Of a stretch of 64,000 bases of DNA, positions 27,910-41,591 are shown in pieces. This stretch comes from the human T2T-CHM13v2.0 reference genome, Homo sapiens, in NCBI RefSeq assembly GCF_009914755.1, contig NC_060937.1; one strand, 5' to 3'. The stretch's first letter is position 1. Every line of letters begins with the position of its first letter. Position numbers and translations under genes: made by a program. Below the pieces are notes generated by a model that ran no database searches, was not told the origin of the DNA, and saw only the letters and a program-made list of their open reading frames with translations.

Positions 27910-28215
27910 TTTATTTTGTTTAGAGACTGGGTCTTGCCGTGTTGTCTGGAGTGGAGTGGCTAGATCGTACCTCACAATACACAATACAATCAAACTCCTG
28001 AGCTCAATGTTATCCTTCCACTCAGCCTCCACAGCAGCTAAGTCTGCAGGTGTGTGCCAGCACGCCTAGCTTTGGATTACTATTATTATTTTTGTAAAAA
28101 TGGGGGTTTCATTATGCTGCCCAGGCTGGTCTTCCAACTCCTGGCCTCAAGCAATCCTCCTGCCTTCCACCGTCTGAGGAGCTGAGATTACATGTGTAAG
28201 CCACCATGCTGGTCC
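27910..28215 (-). mobile_element. AluJ (diverged)
   Basis: gagactgggtcttgc...caaactcctgagctcaa...ctcctggcctcaagcaatcctcc. Confidence 0.8.
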
Positions 28216-28278
28216 TGATGTCATTTAAGTACAAACATGATACTATATTCCTTGTAGAAAGTGCCACATAAATATACT

Positions 28279-28565
28279 CTTTTTGAAATAGGGTCTTGCT
28301 GTGTCACCCAGGCTGGAATGCAGTGGTATGATCACAGTCACTGCAGCCTTGACCTCCTGGGCTTAAGCGATCCTCCCACCTCAGCCTTACAAGTAGCTGG
28401 GACCTGAGGTATGAGCCACCAAGCCCAGCAAATTTTTCAATTTTTGGTAAAGATCGGCGTGTCACTGTGTTGCCTAGGCTGGTCTTGAACTCTTGGGCTC
28501 AAGTTACCCTCCGCCCAAGTCTCCCAAAGTGCTGGGATTACAGGCCTGAACCACCGCACCGGGTC
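28279..28565 (-). mobile_element. AluJ
   Basis: gtcacccaggctgg...cactgcagccttgacctcctgggc...ctcccaaagtgctgggattacagg. Confidence 0.9.
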
Positions 28566-29937
28566 CTAAAAATTCATTCACTTTCTTTGTTTGTCCACAG
28601 GATGCTGCTGTTTCCTTTCTAATAACATGAGACAGCTCACTCAAGAACATCAAGAACATGACATTCTCTAAAAAAAAATCACAGTAGTTCCTTTTCCATA
28701 ACTATGAAGTTTTCAAGGTGTTATCAGGTTTATTTCATAGAAAGAATGTGTAAAATTTTTCATGTAGAAACATAATCTTTTAGCAATGAGTTAGTTAAAA
28801 AATTTGGCATTGTCAGAATGAAGATTTCCTTTTCCCTATAATTTTATTTATTATAATTATATTTTTAATAATATCAATTGCTTTATAAAAACTCATTACA
28901 TTATATACCCAATGTCTGTGAAATCGTCTGCTTTGAAGCACAGTGAAATAATCAATCAGCATACTGGGTCTAACACGGTTCCTTCCATTTTAAGAAAGCT
29001 ATTTACACTCCAATTTGCAAGTTGGACTTTACAAAAATTAAAGCATTTATAAAATATACTAACTATGATTGTTTTAAAAAGTAATGTTTTTTTTATGGTA
29101 AGGAAATAAATTGAAGCTCTGTGTTGGAAAATGCAGAAAACAAATCAGCATTCTTTATAAATAGATTTTGCTGCTGGTTTAGAAATTACCTAATGTGCTT
29201 TATAGATGTTGGAAAATGAAATCAGCTGCAGTTAGCAGTGTGCATACATCGTATTTGCTGTGTCACTTTCAGAAAGGTTATGGAATATTGGCAGGTCAGG
29301 ATTCTCAAAATGAGAAGTTCTAAGAAGAGGCTAAATGAAAAAGAATTTTGAAAGCAAACCTAGTTGTTTAATATAAACATGGACGAGTTATGGGGAAATC
29401 CTGGACTGGGAGCTAGCAGATCTATGTTCTGACTTTTACTAAGTCATTGGCTGCTACAGCAGGCCAAGCAGACATAACTGCCAAAGCTGCCTGGGAGTTG
29501 GGTTGATTGGCAATTGGCACAGGGAGAGAGGACAATTGCCAGAGTAATGGCCAAATATTCAGGGTTTCATGTTCAGTGAAGCAGAACGTGCATTTGTATC
29601 CCAAGGGCAAAACTGACGCTAGAATCTGGGCCTCCTGGCTGAATCTGAATCCACAGTTTGATGAGTAGGATGAAGTAGTCTCAGAAATCCAAGCCAGCCA
29701 GAACCCATGAGGTGTGCTTTGCAGATATTGGCTGGCGAGCTGCATTAAGATGTTTCATTCCATTGAGCAAACATTCCTTGATTGGTTAGGTTAGCATCCC
29801 ACAAGAGCAGAGACAAATTCTTCAGAATTTGTCCATGAGGCTATAGTCCCAGAGCTTATATTTCAAGGGAGGAAACTGCATCTCAGGATGGTAGGTGATT
29901 ACAGCTAAACCGAATTCTGAAAATAAAAGGAACCCTA

Positions 29938-30287
29938 TGTCTTTGTCTGCTCAGGCTGCTTCTACAAACAACTGTAGACTGAGTGGCTTAAACAGCATAT
30001 ACTTGTTTCTCACAGTTGTGGGAATTCAAAGATTAAAATCTGGGCCAGCAGAGCCAGTGTCTGGTGAAGGCCCTCTTACTGGTTTGCAGGTGTTCTTGTT
30101 GTATCTTCACATGGCTGAGAGAAGAGGGCTCTAGTCTCCTACTCTTCTTATTAGGATGCTAACCCCACTGTGGGAACTCCATCCTCATCAACACCAAATT
30201 ACTTCCCAAAGGTCCTCCTTCTAATGCCATTCTATTGTTAGAGTTTCAACTTGTGCATTTGTTGAAGGAAACATGCAGTGCACAACA
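29938..30287 (-). mobile_element. MLT1A/A0 LTR
   Basis: tgtctttgtctgctcaggctgc...tgtctggtgaaggccctct...catgcagtgcacaaca. Confidence 0.85.
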
Positions 30288-30589
30288 TCTAATCTAATCA
30301 AATCAGTTGTCCCTTGAATAAAATTCTAGCTCCTATAACAAGACTTAAAATTATGACTTGGTTGTTGCCAAAACTGTCTATCTGGATTTGCTAGAAATCA
30401 AACATACTTGAATATTTCCTCTAAAGATTTTCTCATTCCTACCCTATTGTGTATATTTACAGAATTCTTAAATAATTACATATACAAGGCTTCTATTAGC
30501 TCTGACGAGAGCTTCTATTAACTTTGACTATTGCAAGCAGTTTTATAGCACTGTAGGTAAAAGCATGTGCTTTGAAATCATATGATAAA

Positions 30590-30810
30590 TTTATTAAATG
30601 CTAAGGACTTTATATTCACTGTTTAATTTTATCATCTTAATAACCTTCATTATTACCTCCATTAAACACTATTTGTTGGCTACTTACATTATTCTGATTT
30701 TGCAAATCTAAATTTGAGAGGCTTTCCCAATGTCACATAAGTTAATAAGTGGCATAGCTAGGGTTTGAATTAAAGTCTACCGGATTCCAAGATCTGTTTA
30801 CCGTTGTTCT
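30590..30810 (-). mobile_element. MIR fragment
   Basis: cccaatgtcacataagttaataagtggcatagctagggtttgaa. Confidence 0.55.
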
Positions 30811-32034
30811 ACAATATGTACTTTTTAGGTCCCTGAGAATGCTAACAACATTTCTTTTGAAATCTGGATAGCAGCTTTATTAATATGTGATTAGGGCACC
30901 ATATTTCAGGCAACAAATTCTTTGAAATCTTTCATTTCCATAGTGAGATAAGGATCAGTTCTGTGGCATTGTCAGCCAGAAAACATCATTTAGAGACTAT
31001 CTTGTACAATAAGTAGAAGACACAGCTGGCGGCCTGCGGAGGACAGAAAGCTCACAGCTTCTGTCCATACCCCTTTCACTTCCTCCTCAAGGAGATGGAC
31101 CTCTGTGGTTGGTCAAGCTTAAGGATCTTTTATGTGCCACAGCTAATGGTGAAATCTTCCTAATTCTAGGTGAAGATTAATGGGCAAGTTGGAGAGTTAA
31201 GGTAGCTTGTGGCTGCTCCTTTTAGAAGAAAGTCTGATCATTGCTCTCTTATTTGTGGAACCCCTCTGTTCCCCCAAATGCTTGGTAAGACATGCCTGAA
31301 GACCAATCCTGTGTCAGTAGACTTCATATCTACTCTCTTCTACCAATCACACAACTACAGACAAATAAGAAAAATAAAACAAAGCTCAGACACACTGCCC
31401 TGGCACGGAGGCCACTCTCCAGCTGGCTGCTTTTCTCTACCCTGGCGCCTCCTGGGCATTTGGCTCTTTCTTAGATCAAAGCGAGACATAAGTTTGGGAT
31501 TAAAGAGAAGTAGGTGAAAGGGGTCTCTGGCCTGTTTTGGCATTAGACCAAGTAAATAACAGAGTTCTGGCTTAAGCTCAGCTCTGTAGAGCTTTCTCTG
31601 TGTTTGGGGAAAATCTCCGATAGTAATGAAGTGATATTTTACTGTGCTTCGTTTTCTGTACATATATCTCTTTCTTAGGTATGTTGTGAGGGAGGAGATT
31701 CGTTCCCTGGACAAATACCATCTTAATCACCTTCATTACCAACTTTATTTTATTTGCAGAGTTAAAATTTAAATAGACATTCAGGAAACAAGTCTGGTGA
31801 GAGAATTATGTTACGAGGTTAATCTTTCAGCATCTGCCTTAGGGACATTGATTATTTTCCCCCTTGTTTTTCACCAAGCTCCAGGCTTGCAAAAGAATTG
31901 TGATGTGGTCTGAGGCAAACTTACTGATTGGCTAGTGGTAAGTTAAACCATAACCTGTAGGACCGCTGGGAACCACTACTTGTCATCGGCCAGAAATCCA
32001 TTGTTTGGAGGTGTGCACTGGGAAGGCTGTTCAT

Positions 32035-32270
32035 ACTTATTGATACATGTTTTGTTCTTGGCATTATGTTAAGTACTGGACACATGCAACAATTTGGAAT
32101 ATCGTTACATTCAACCCTCACAATAGTTTGATGTATATGTTATTAGTCCAGTATTAGAGACGAGTAAACAAGATTAGAGGAAGGGAAGCACACAGCTGAA
32201 CCACATAGGCGGCACTGGGATTGGAAGCAGTTCCGTCTCACCCTGGACCACCATTTCCATGCTGTGTCTC
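32035..32270 (-). mobile_element. MIR
   Basis: ttcaaccctcacaatag...attagagacgagtaaacaagattagagga...ctgggattggaa. Confidence 0.6.
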
Positions 32271-34669
32271 CACTAGAGGATCCTTTCTTTGGTTCTTCTA
32301 AGTCATTAGTCATCAATAATTTATATCCAAACTGTAGGTTTCACAGGAGGAGATGCCACTTGAAGCTTCATGGCTTAAAATGGAAATGGAATGTGGAACA
32401 TGGTGGGAAGCACCGGGAGGGGTTTATTGATAAATTTCAAGTACTTTGTGGGGCTCTGAAAGACTGTCTTCAAATTCTTTGTCCTACTACCTCTTTCATA
32501 TTAGTTGAAATGTCATATGGGTATATCTTTTGGGTTAAATTAAGGAAAATCTCCATGAAAAGTAAAAAACAAACAAAAAACCCCCAAAAGAATAGAAAAA
32601 GATACTATGAAGAATCCACTCAGATTTCTCAGAGTTTTATTAACTCAAAGAAGTCTTGGTCCAGTTGGAAGAAGACAGAATTGATTTTGACAACCTCTAG
32701 CAAACCCTTTAGCGTTCAATGCACTCTAGACCATGAGTATAAAGAAGTTCACTTAATAGGTTCACCAAATTAGTTAGTTTGTGTAGTTCAAAGGGAAACA
32801 GAAACACAGGACTGTGAGGTTTTGACAGGGGTGAAAGGAAAGCCTGGGTCCAGTGAGCCCAGGCAGGCCATGAAGGGGCAGGGCAGGAGAAGGACAGTGC
32901 TGGGAGGCTAGGGAACTGGCCACTTCTGTGCCGGCTGAAGATCACAAAAATCAACACAGCTTTCTCCAAATGCTGCCCGTGCCTGATGGAATTAAACAGA
33001 GCTCTGAGAAAGACAGCACCGGGGCCGAGGATGCATCCTGAGCTGCCTACAGTCATTAATATCTTGGCCAGTGGCTATGCACTCAGGGACAATTTGGCTA
33101 GCTTTCTTGATCCACACCAGAAAACTCGCTTTTGAATTGGTTTGGAAAGCTCCAAAAGGGACGTGCTTCATGCTATTGGTATTGCTGTCAAAAAGAAAAG
33201 ATTCTGCTTTTCATCAGCTGTTGATTTTTGCTCTCTGTATTTCTCTAGCATGTGTTGCTGGTGGCCCTGGTTATGCTAACAAGTAGATAGTGTAGCTGCA
33301 ACAGCAGAACAGAAAAGACTCTCCTGGATTCTCAGTTCCAGGCTGGCCTGGGAACAGGCTTAGGGATGTTTCAATGCTTGAATGTAGGTGAGCTGGAGAT
33401 CTGTGGCAATTCTTTTGACATGAGGCTGGACATTCTTTATAGCTTCTCCAGACACAGGAATTGGCAGAGCTTGAAAAAGAATCACTGGCAGGAGGTTCAT
33501 TTTCTTTATTGCTACCTCCCCAGCCGTAAAACTAAAAGCTTTTTACCTAAATCACATTAGCCATCTCGTGGGAGTAGGAGATCATTTCCTTCAGAGTCTT
33601 TCCCGATTGGAGTCTAGTCCTAGGATGGTTTGAACGGTCCGTTTGAATTTGAAGAGCTTTCTAATTGATGCTTCTCATCCCCTCTCCAACCAGTCTTATT
33701 TGGTGTCGTCTGCCTTTCCCCTTCCTCCCTACCAAACCTCAGAGTCTTGAAACAAAAATCTTTGTATTGTAAACTTCATCATGCTAATTTCATCACTTCA
33801 AACGAAATTTCCCTTGTTTGAGTTTCCTCCAACTGTGTGACTTAGGGCTGTTGAACTCTTCCATATACACAGGAAAACGGAAACCTCTTTTGCTGTCTAG
33901 TGATTGTATAATAAAACATTTTCAGATGCTAATCACATGCTTTGAGCTTGGTTAATGAATGAAATTCTAAGGATATTCTTATTTGAAAGGTTTAAAATAT
34001 AATAACTGTCATTATATCTAATTCTGTCTACATTTCTGGTGTGAAATGAGAAGTCAGGAGCCCTACCATCTACACAGTACATGGTTCTACCAGCTATTTC
34101 TGTGTTACTTCAAGCAAATCACTTCTTTTCTGCCTTTTCTTTCTTTTTATGTAAAATGTGGATAACTATCTGTCTCACTGAATTCACAGAGTGACTGTAT
34201 TATGTACAATAAAATTTATTGAAAAGCATAAAGCTCTATAATTAGGTATAATGTTACCTGTAATTTATAAGCTTTTTAAATCCTGGGGCAGTGGAGGAAG
34301 TATTCCTCTTCCTGTAAAAGGACATCCCTCTAATAATCTCCCTTCTTTTCCTGACTTTTCAGGGATTCTGTTCATTGCTTTTCCATTTGTCATCTGCATC
34401 TTCAATCTCTCTCCTTCTTGATGCATTCTGTCAGCATTTAAATATAAATTTTTCATTTAAAATATATTCTATTTTGGAGGAACCTTAACTTTGACTCTGT
34501 GTGTCTTTCTAGCTATCAAGTCATCTCCTCCTTTCTTGGCAAATTTTTCTCAAGTATTTTCCACACTTACTATCTCCTTTTTCTCATTTTCCTTTCACTC
34601 TTTATTCAGGTCAGTTTGGCTTTCACTTTCATCAAGCCTATGAAACTGCTTGTGCTAAGGTCACCATAT

Positions 34670-35005
34670 AAGAGTGCTAAGGGCTTCCATCACAAGCTGC
34701 CACAGACTGAGTGGTTTATCTTCTCAAGCTCTGAAGACTGGAAATCCAGGATGGAATGTCAGCAGGTTTGCCTTCTTCTGAGAACTGCTGCCTTGCAGAT
34801 GCCTCCCTTCTTGCTGTGTCCTCAGGCTGTGTTGCCTGTGTCTCAATCTCTTTTTAGATGGACACCTGCCATATTGGTTTAGGGTCCACCCATATGGTTT
34901 TATTTGACCTCACTTACCTCTTTGAATGCCTTCTCTAAATCAGTCCCTCTGAAGCAGTGGGGATCAGCTCTTCAACATAGGAATCTGGGGGGACACAATT
35001 CAGCA
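34670..35005 (-). mobile_element. MLT1A/B-like LTR
   Basis: cacagactgagtgg...ctggaaatccaggatg...atattggtttagggtccaccc...ggggggacacaattcagc. Confidence 0.8.
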
Positions 35006-35044
35006 CCCCCAGAACTGGTGATTCCTAAACATCATGAACACTAT

Positions 35045-35105
35045 TCCTCTTTCTCTCTTTCTTTCTCTCCCTTCTTTCTTTCTTTCTCTCTTTCTTTCTC
35101 TCCCT

Positions 35106-35158
<53 letters not shown>

Positions 35159-35635
35159 TTTCTTCTCTTTCTCTCTTTCTCTCTCTTTCTTTCCTCTTTC
35201 TTTCTCTCTTCCTTCCTTCCCTCCCTTTCCTAACCTTCCCTTGCTCTCTCTTCCTTCTTTCCTTCCCTTCCCTTTCCTTTCCTTCCCTTCCCTTCCCTTT
35301 CCTTTCCTTTCCTTTCCTTTCCTTTCCTTTCCTTTCCTTTCCTTTCCTTTCCCTTCCCTTCCCTTCCCTTCCCTTCCCTTCCTTTCCTTTCCTTTCCTTT
35401 CCTTTCCTTTCCTTTCCTTTCCTTTCCTTTCCTTTCCTTTCCTCTCCTCTCTTTTCCTTTCCTTTCCTTTCCTTTCCTTTCCTTTCCTTTCCTTTCCTTT
35501 CCTTTCCTTTCCTTTCCCTTCCTTTCCTCACTCTCCTCTCCTTCTTTCCTTTCCTTTCCTCGCCCTTCCTTCCTTCCTTCCTTCCTTCCTTCCTTCCTTC
35601 CTTCCTTCTCTCTCTTTCTCCTTTCCTTCCTTCTA
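35045..35635. repeat. Compound polypyrimidine microsatellite (TTTC)n/(TTTCC)n/(TTCC)n
   Basis: Direct inspection; almost purine-free for ~590 bp. Confidence 0.98.
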
Positions 35636-35760
35636 TTTATTTACTTTTGTTTATATAAAATTTATGGGACACATGTGCAATTTTGTTCCATGCATAGTGG
35701 TCAGTTCAAAGCTATTAGGGTATCCATCACCAAAATAACATATATTGTACATATTATGTA
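35636..35760 (-). mobile_element. L1MA 3'-end fragment
   Basis: gggacacatgtgcaattttgtt...agggtatccatcacc...aataacatatattgtac. Confidence 0.7.
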
Positions 35761-35919
35761 ATATATAAGTCCAATGGGGTCTCAGGAACATTCGGTAGAG
35801 TAGACCCCTGACCTATTCCTCCAGCTTGAACTATTTTCTTATCAGCTTCTCCCTCTTTGCCCAAACTTTAAATGTTGAAGTTCTTAAATCCTGGGTCCTC
35901 TTCTGTTCTTATTCCATAC

Positions 35920-36139
35920 TAAGCTTGTCCAACCCATGGCCTGTGGGCAACGTGTGGCCCAGGACAGCTTTGAGTGCAGCCAAACACAAATTTGTAAACA
36001 TTCTTCAAGCATTATAAGATATTTTATGATTTTTTTAAGCTCATCATCTATTGTTAATGTTAGTATATTTTATGTGTGGCTCAAGACAATTCTTCTTATT
36101 CGAATGCAGCCAGGGAAGCCAAAAGATTGGACAACCCTG
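35920..36139 (-). mobile_element. MER30 hAT MITE
   Basis: aagcttgtccaaccc...cagggaagccaaaagattggacaaccctg termini. Confidence 0.88.
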
Positions 36140-36989
36140 CCTACACAGACTCTAGACAAGGTTTTATTAATTCCTATGGCTTTAGATACCATTGATATGC
36201 ATATGGCTCCTACAGACCTCTCCTCCCAAGCTCCAAAACATTATGTGCACCTGCCATCTTGAAATCTCCACTGGGATTTTCACAGGCATTCCTAAAATCA
36301 GAATTCAAAACTCTTGAGATCTGCCCCCACATCTATGCCACTTCCTCAATCATTTCCCTTTTGTTAGTTTATTTCTTCTTCAGCCTTACCATTCTTTATA
36401 AAAATCGTCTCCATTTACCCATTTGCTTCTTCCAGAAAGCATCATCATCCTTGATGCTTTCTTCTTCCTGCAACCCCCCTACCATCACAACCTGCAACCA
36501 AGTACTGTTATTTCACTTTCAAAATATGTGCTAAAATTATCTGCTTCTGTCATCCGCAACTTTCAGCTGATCTGCAAACATATACTCGTCTTTCCAACTT
36601 TTGGCCTCTCCAATACCTTTTCTATGGCACACCCAGAGAGGTTCTTCAAAAATTTCAATTAGATCATGTCTCTCCTTCGTTTAAAAATATTTAATGATTT
36701 TCTACCCACGAAATAATTCTGCTAGACTGCAAGCTCTAAAGATGCAAGGACTAGGTTTGCCTTATTTGTTTCTGTTTATGCAGAGCCTAGCCTTGCATTT
36801 AGTAGGAAGTTAACACATTGACTTAGATCTTGTCCAACTTCTCAGCCTCACCTCTCATGGAAGCACTCATAGACCTCAGTCCAGTTACTCTTTTCTGAGA
36901 TCCCTGAGCTGGCGTGGTCCAGGGCTGCCTGGGCCGTGATGCATTCACTCCTGCTTTGTTGGCTGGTATCTGCTTATATTCTTGCTACT

Positions 36990-37135
36990 GTAACTGATGT
37001 CCAAGGCAGTCACATAGGCATCTCTGGGAGCTTGCTAGAGCTCAGGCACCACCCTAGATCCAATGAATCAGAATCTGCATGTTGACAAGGTCCCCAGGTG
37101 TTTCATATGCACATTCAAGTTTATGGTGCTTTGCT
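36990..37135. mobile_element. MER5A
   Basis: ctgggagcttgctaga...gaatcagaatctgcat...aaggtccccaggtg...gcacattcaagttt. Confidence 0.8.
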
Positions 37136-37574
37136 CTAGATCCCAGCCTGAGTGTTAGTTCTTTAAAGAGACCTTTCCCAACTGGCCAAATCGTATTAGG
37201 TCATGTGATGGATTCACCCACACGGTCTGTGATACAGAAGGGAAAAGGAGTTGAGGCCTATTGATCAGAAGCTGCCCATTTTACAGTTTTACCTAAGGGT
37301 GATCCTATCAAAAGTTCTGGATTTTGTAGAGAAGGATACAAAGTAGTGAATAGTTTGATTTGAGAAAATTGAAAATTGCCAGTTTTCTTTGCTTTAACCA
37401 ATATGTTTGCTCTCCCTCTGAAAATTCCTTGTTACAAGTCCTTAGTTTTAGTTTGCCACATTATGACACGATGGGAATAATGCACAGCAGTGATCCTCAG
37501 TTGGTTTGGGTTTTCAATACACAATTGATCTATGGTTGTGGCATGCATTGTAGAATGTCCAGCTAGAACACCTA

Positions 37575-37635
37575 TTCTTTCAATTACTTTCATTACTTTC
37601 AATGGCAAAACCACAATTACTTTTGCACTAATGTG
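37575..37635. mobile_element. MADE1 (mariner MITE) remnant
   Basis: cattactttcaatggcaaaaccacaattacttttgcac. Confidence 0.75.
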
Positions 37636-38531
37636 ATAGCTTTGCTACAAGTCAATTGTTCAGTTTTTTTTTGTTGTTGTTGTTTGTTTTTATTTTTGCA
37701 AACACTTTAGATACTGCATAGTGGATGGATTAGTTTGTGGTTCCTGGGATCTTCTGTGTATTCTGTTGAAGCTCAATAATCACATTACTGCGGACCTCCA
37801 AAATTTTACAAAAGACTGCATAGTGAGTATTCAGCCGATAAACTAAACCACAGCTTATTACTGTGAGATGAAAGAAAGCACACCAATGAAAAGTAAACAC
37901 TGTTTAAACCTATCTCAATGAATTTCTAAAGTGTCATACATTTATTATATTCTCTACTTGTAAAATATTTTGTTGTGTGTATTGTCAAGTATTTCAGGAT
38001 TTTATGGGTATAAAGTATTCTATTAATTTAACTGGAAAACTTGTAGTTATTCAACAAGCAAACTAAAAGTGTTGGCAGAGATGTAATTTTAAAGCACAAT
38101 TCCACTCATTCCTTCAGTATTACAACTGCTCCTTGTTTGTTTAATAATAGAACTGATGAGTAGTTAATTTGAGAGAAAAGCTGGTGCAGGTGTAGTGCTA
38201 TTTAGATGTCATGGAGGACACATGTGACATCTGCAGCTAGCTATATGGTAAAAGCAAAACAGAAGTTAAAATCAGCCCTGTGTCAAATCTGCATAGTTTT
38301 AGGCTTCAGAGAGTTTCTCTGTATGTTGAGGCAGGAAGTTTAGTAGAATTCCAAGGGAATAAGAGAGGAACCAACATTTGTAGATTTTGCCTTCTATGGG
38401 GAAACTCATTCAATCATCAGGAGAACTCTTCAATAGGTTTTATTTGCTCCGGTTTACCTAGATGAAAAATTGAGACCCAGAATCCATGCTTTTCTTTCCT
38501 GGTTACACATTAGAATCACCAATGTGATATT

Positions 38532-38533
<2 letters not shown>

Positions 38534-38573
<40 letters not shown>
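38534..38573. repeat. (CA)n microsatellite
   Basis: Direct inspection. Confidence 0.97.
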
Positions 38574-38579
<6 letters not shown>

Positions 38580-38626
38580 ACGATTAAGATGGCTGCTATC
38601 AAAAAAGAAAAAACAAAAAAATCAGG

Positions 38627-39044
<418 letters not shown>

Positions 39045-39190
39045 TCAAGAATTTAGACATAGAATTACCATATGATTCAGTAATCCCACTCACATCTATA
39101 AATCTCTATATCTGTATCTTTATCTACCTATATCTATCTTCAAAAGAATGGAAAGCAGTTACTCAAATAGATACTTGTGCACCTGTGTTC

Positions 39191-39777
39191 TCTCCCCACC
39201 CTATCCCCCCCTTTTTTTTTTTAATAAATAGGGTCTCATTCTGTTTCCCAGCCTGGAGTGCAGGGGCTGTTTATAGGCATGATCCCCCTGCTGGGGAGCT
39301 GTCCACAGGCACGACCCCCTGCTGCGGGGCTGTCCACAGGCACAATCCCCTGCTGCGGGGCCATCCACAGGCACAACCTCCCTGCTGCGGGGCTGTCCAC
39401 AGGCACGAACCCCTGGTGAGGGACTGTCCACAGGCATGACACCCTGCTGCGGGGCTGTTTACAGGCACGATCTCCCTGCTGCGGGGCTGTCCATGGGCAG
39501 GATCTCCCTGCTGCGTGGCTGTCCACAGGCATGACCCCCTGCTGGTCAAACTGGGAGTTGTGCCCTGCTTTGTCTCCAACCCAGGCCGGTTCGCCCCTCC
39601 TTAGGCAACCTGGTAGCCCCTTATCCCAGGAGGTCACTGTACTAATGTCTAATTTCGTGCAGACATCTGATCAACACAGCACACTGCAGCCCAGTACTCC
39701 TGGGCTCAAGCAATCTTCCTGCCTCAGATGCCTGAGTAGCAGGAACTACAGGCACATGCCACCACACCTGCCTGCTA
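39191..39777 (-). pseudogene. RN7SL: 7SL (SRP RNA) retropseudogene with internal tandem expansion
   Basis: Antisense S-domain ggccggttcgcccctccttaggcaacctgg..ggaggtcac; both Alu-domain ends present; poly(T) 39212-39222; TSD cacctgtgttc at 39180-39190 and 39778-39788. Confidence 0.95.
39259..39542. repeat. Minisatellite, 9 units of 31-33 bp derived from 7SL
   Basis: Units tgcggggctgtccacaggcacga(n)ccctgc start at 39259, 39292, 39323, 39354, 39386, 39417, 39448, 39480, 39512. Confidence 0.95.
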
Positions 39778-41289
39778 CACCTGTGTTCATTGCAGCATTA
39801 CAGCAGCCTTATTTACAGGAACCACAAGGTGGAAACAACCTAAAAAGTCTATTGAGGGATAGATGGATAAACAAAATGTGGTATAGACATAAAATGGAAT
39901 ATTAGTGATCTTTAAAAAGGGAGGTAATTCTGATACTTGCTACCACATAGATAAAACTTAAAAACATTATGCTAAGTGAGACGTCAAACACAGACTACGT
40001 GATTCCATCTATATGAAGAACCTGGAACAGGCAAATTAATGGAGACACAAAGTAGAATAGAGGTTTTCAGGACTGGCAGGAAGTGGAAATGGGCGGGATT
40101 AGTGTCTAATGGGCACAGAGTTCCTGTCTGGGATGATAGAATGTTTCAGAAATGGATAGTGGTGATGATTGCACAGCATTGTGAATGTAGCTAATGACAT
40201 TGAATTCTTTACCAGAAAACAAAAGCAAAAACAGAAACACATTGCTTAAGCTTCCCAGTCAGACAGGTGACGTGCTTGGTGTGAGCTGGGGCCTGAGACA
40301 AGGCTGCCCTCACCAGAGTGGCTTCAAGACCCTTCTTGGTTGTACTTAGGCCTGATTGCTCTGGAGAGCCCCATACATGAAAGCCAGCTCTGGTTCTATC
40401 TCTTCTCACTTCAGTCCTACCTACCCCCACCATCCCCCAGCTGGGCATTATAAGAAAAGCAAGATGACTATGAGTTTTCTGATTATTTATATGACCAAAT
40501 AATCTCAGGGACTATTGCTAACTAACCCATGGGATTCCCACTACCTTCATGAGTTTCAGACGAGGTGAAGGGTCCCTAAAATCCTGCCACCTAGTCAGGA
40601 ACTCAGTTGTCAATAATTTCTTTATTTGTGATACAAGCAGGGGTGGGGAAAGATAAATGAACAGACTTGGAAGCTTCTCTGAGGCCCTAGAGAAGACCTC
40701 TGGGCCCCGAAAACCAGACGCCAGGAGAAAGGAGGGTGGTTGATGACTCCCCACTCTTTCTCCAGCCCCTGCTCCTCTGTTTCTCCCCTTCACCCACTGC
40801 AGCTTCCTCAGGTCCTGGGTCCCGTGCCATCATCTCTTCGAATGACCTCCTTTCTATCCCTGTTAATAAAGGAGCATCAGCTAAGTGAACGTGGTGATTT
40901 GCATTCACTTATATTGATTCAGAAATTGTGTTTAATTCCACACAAGAAAAAGAATGTGGATCTTTTTCACCATGGGAAAAAAGTCGTTAAGTATCATCTT
41001 AATCATGTTTTCCTGGGATATAATCTATACATGATGCCTATTTAAGCCTTCATTGCATCTGTGCACGTGGTTTGCTTTCCTCTTATGTGAAATAGCATTG
41101 GACCACACGAGTTTGGGCCACAGCTCAGGAAAACACAATCCTAAACGTCATAATCCCAAATGTTGAAGTCCCAAAAGATCTAAATCTGTACAGTCTAAAA
41201 TCCTGAAAATTACAATCCTAAAAAAACAAAATTCTGAACATACAATTCTGGAAAAAAATTATTAACACATTCTTTAAAAAGCATTTATT

Positions 41290-41591
<302 letters not shown>

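Larger units (their letters stand above)
34300..37200 (+). mobile_element. Fragmented L2 LINE hosting younger insertions
   Basis: gaaactgcttgtgctaaggtcacca; cctatggctttagataccat; agatcatgtctctcct motifs in colinear order. Confidence 0.6.

Noticed and set aside
32264-32773. 169-aa ORF
   Set aside because: GTG start, low-complexity A-rich middle, and no recognisable homology or exon structure.
35025-35738. 168-aa R/K/G/E-rich and 234-aa F/L/S/P-rich ORFs
   Set aside because: Translations of the microsatellite.
39201-39637. Repetitive ORFs and CRISPR-like periodicity
   Set aside because: Head-to-tail units with no unique spacers, derived from 7SL; eukaryotic context with no cas genes.
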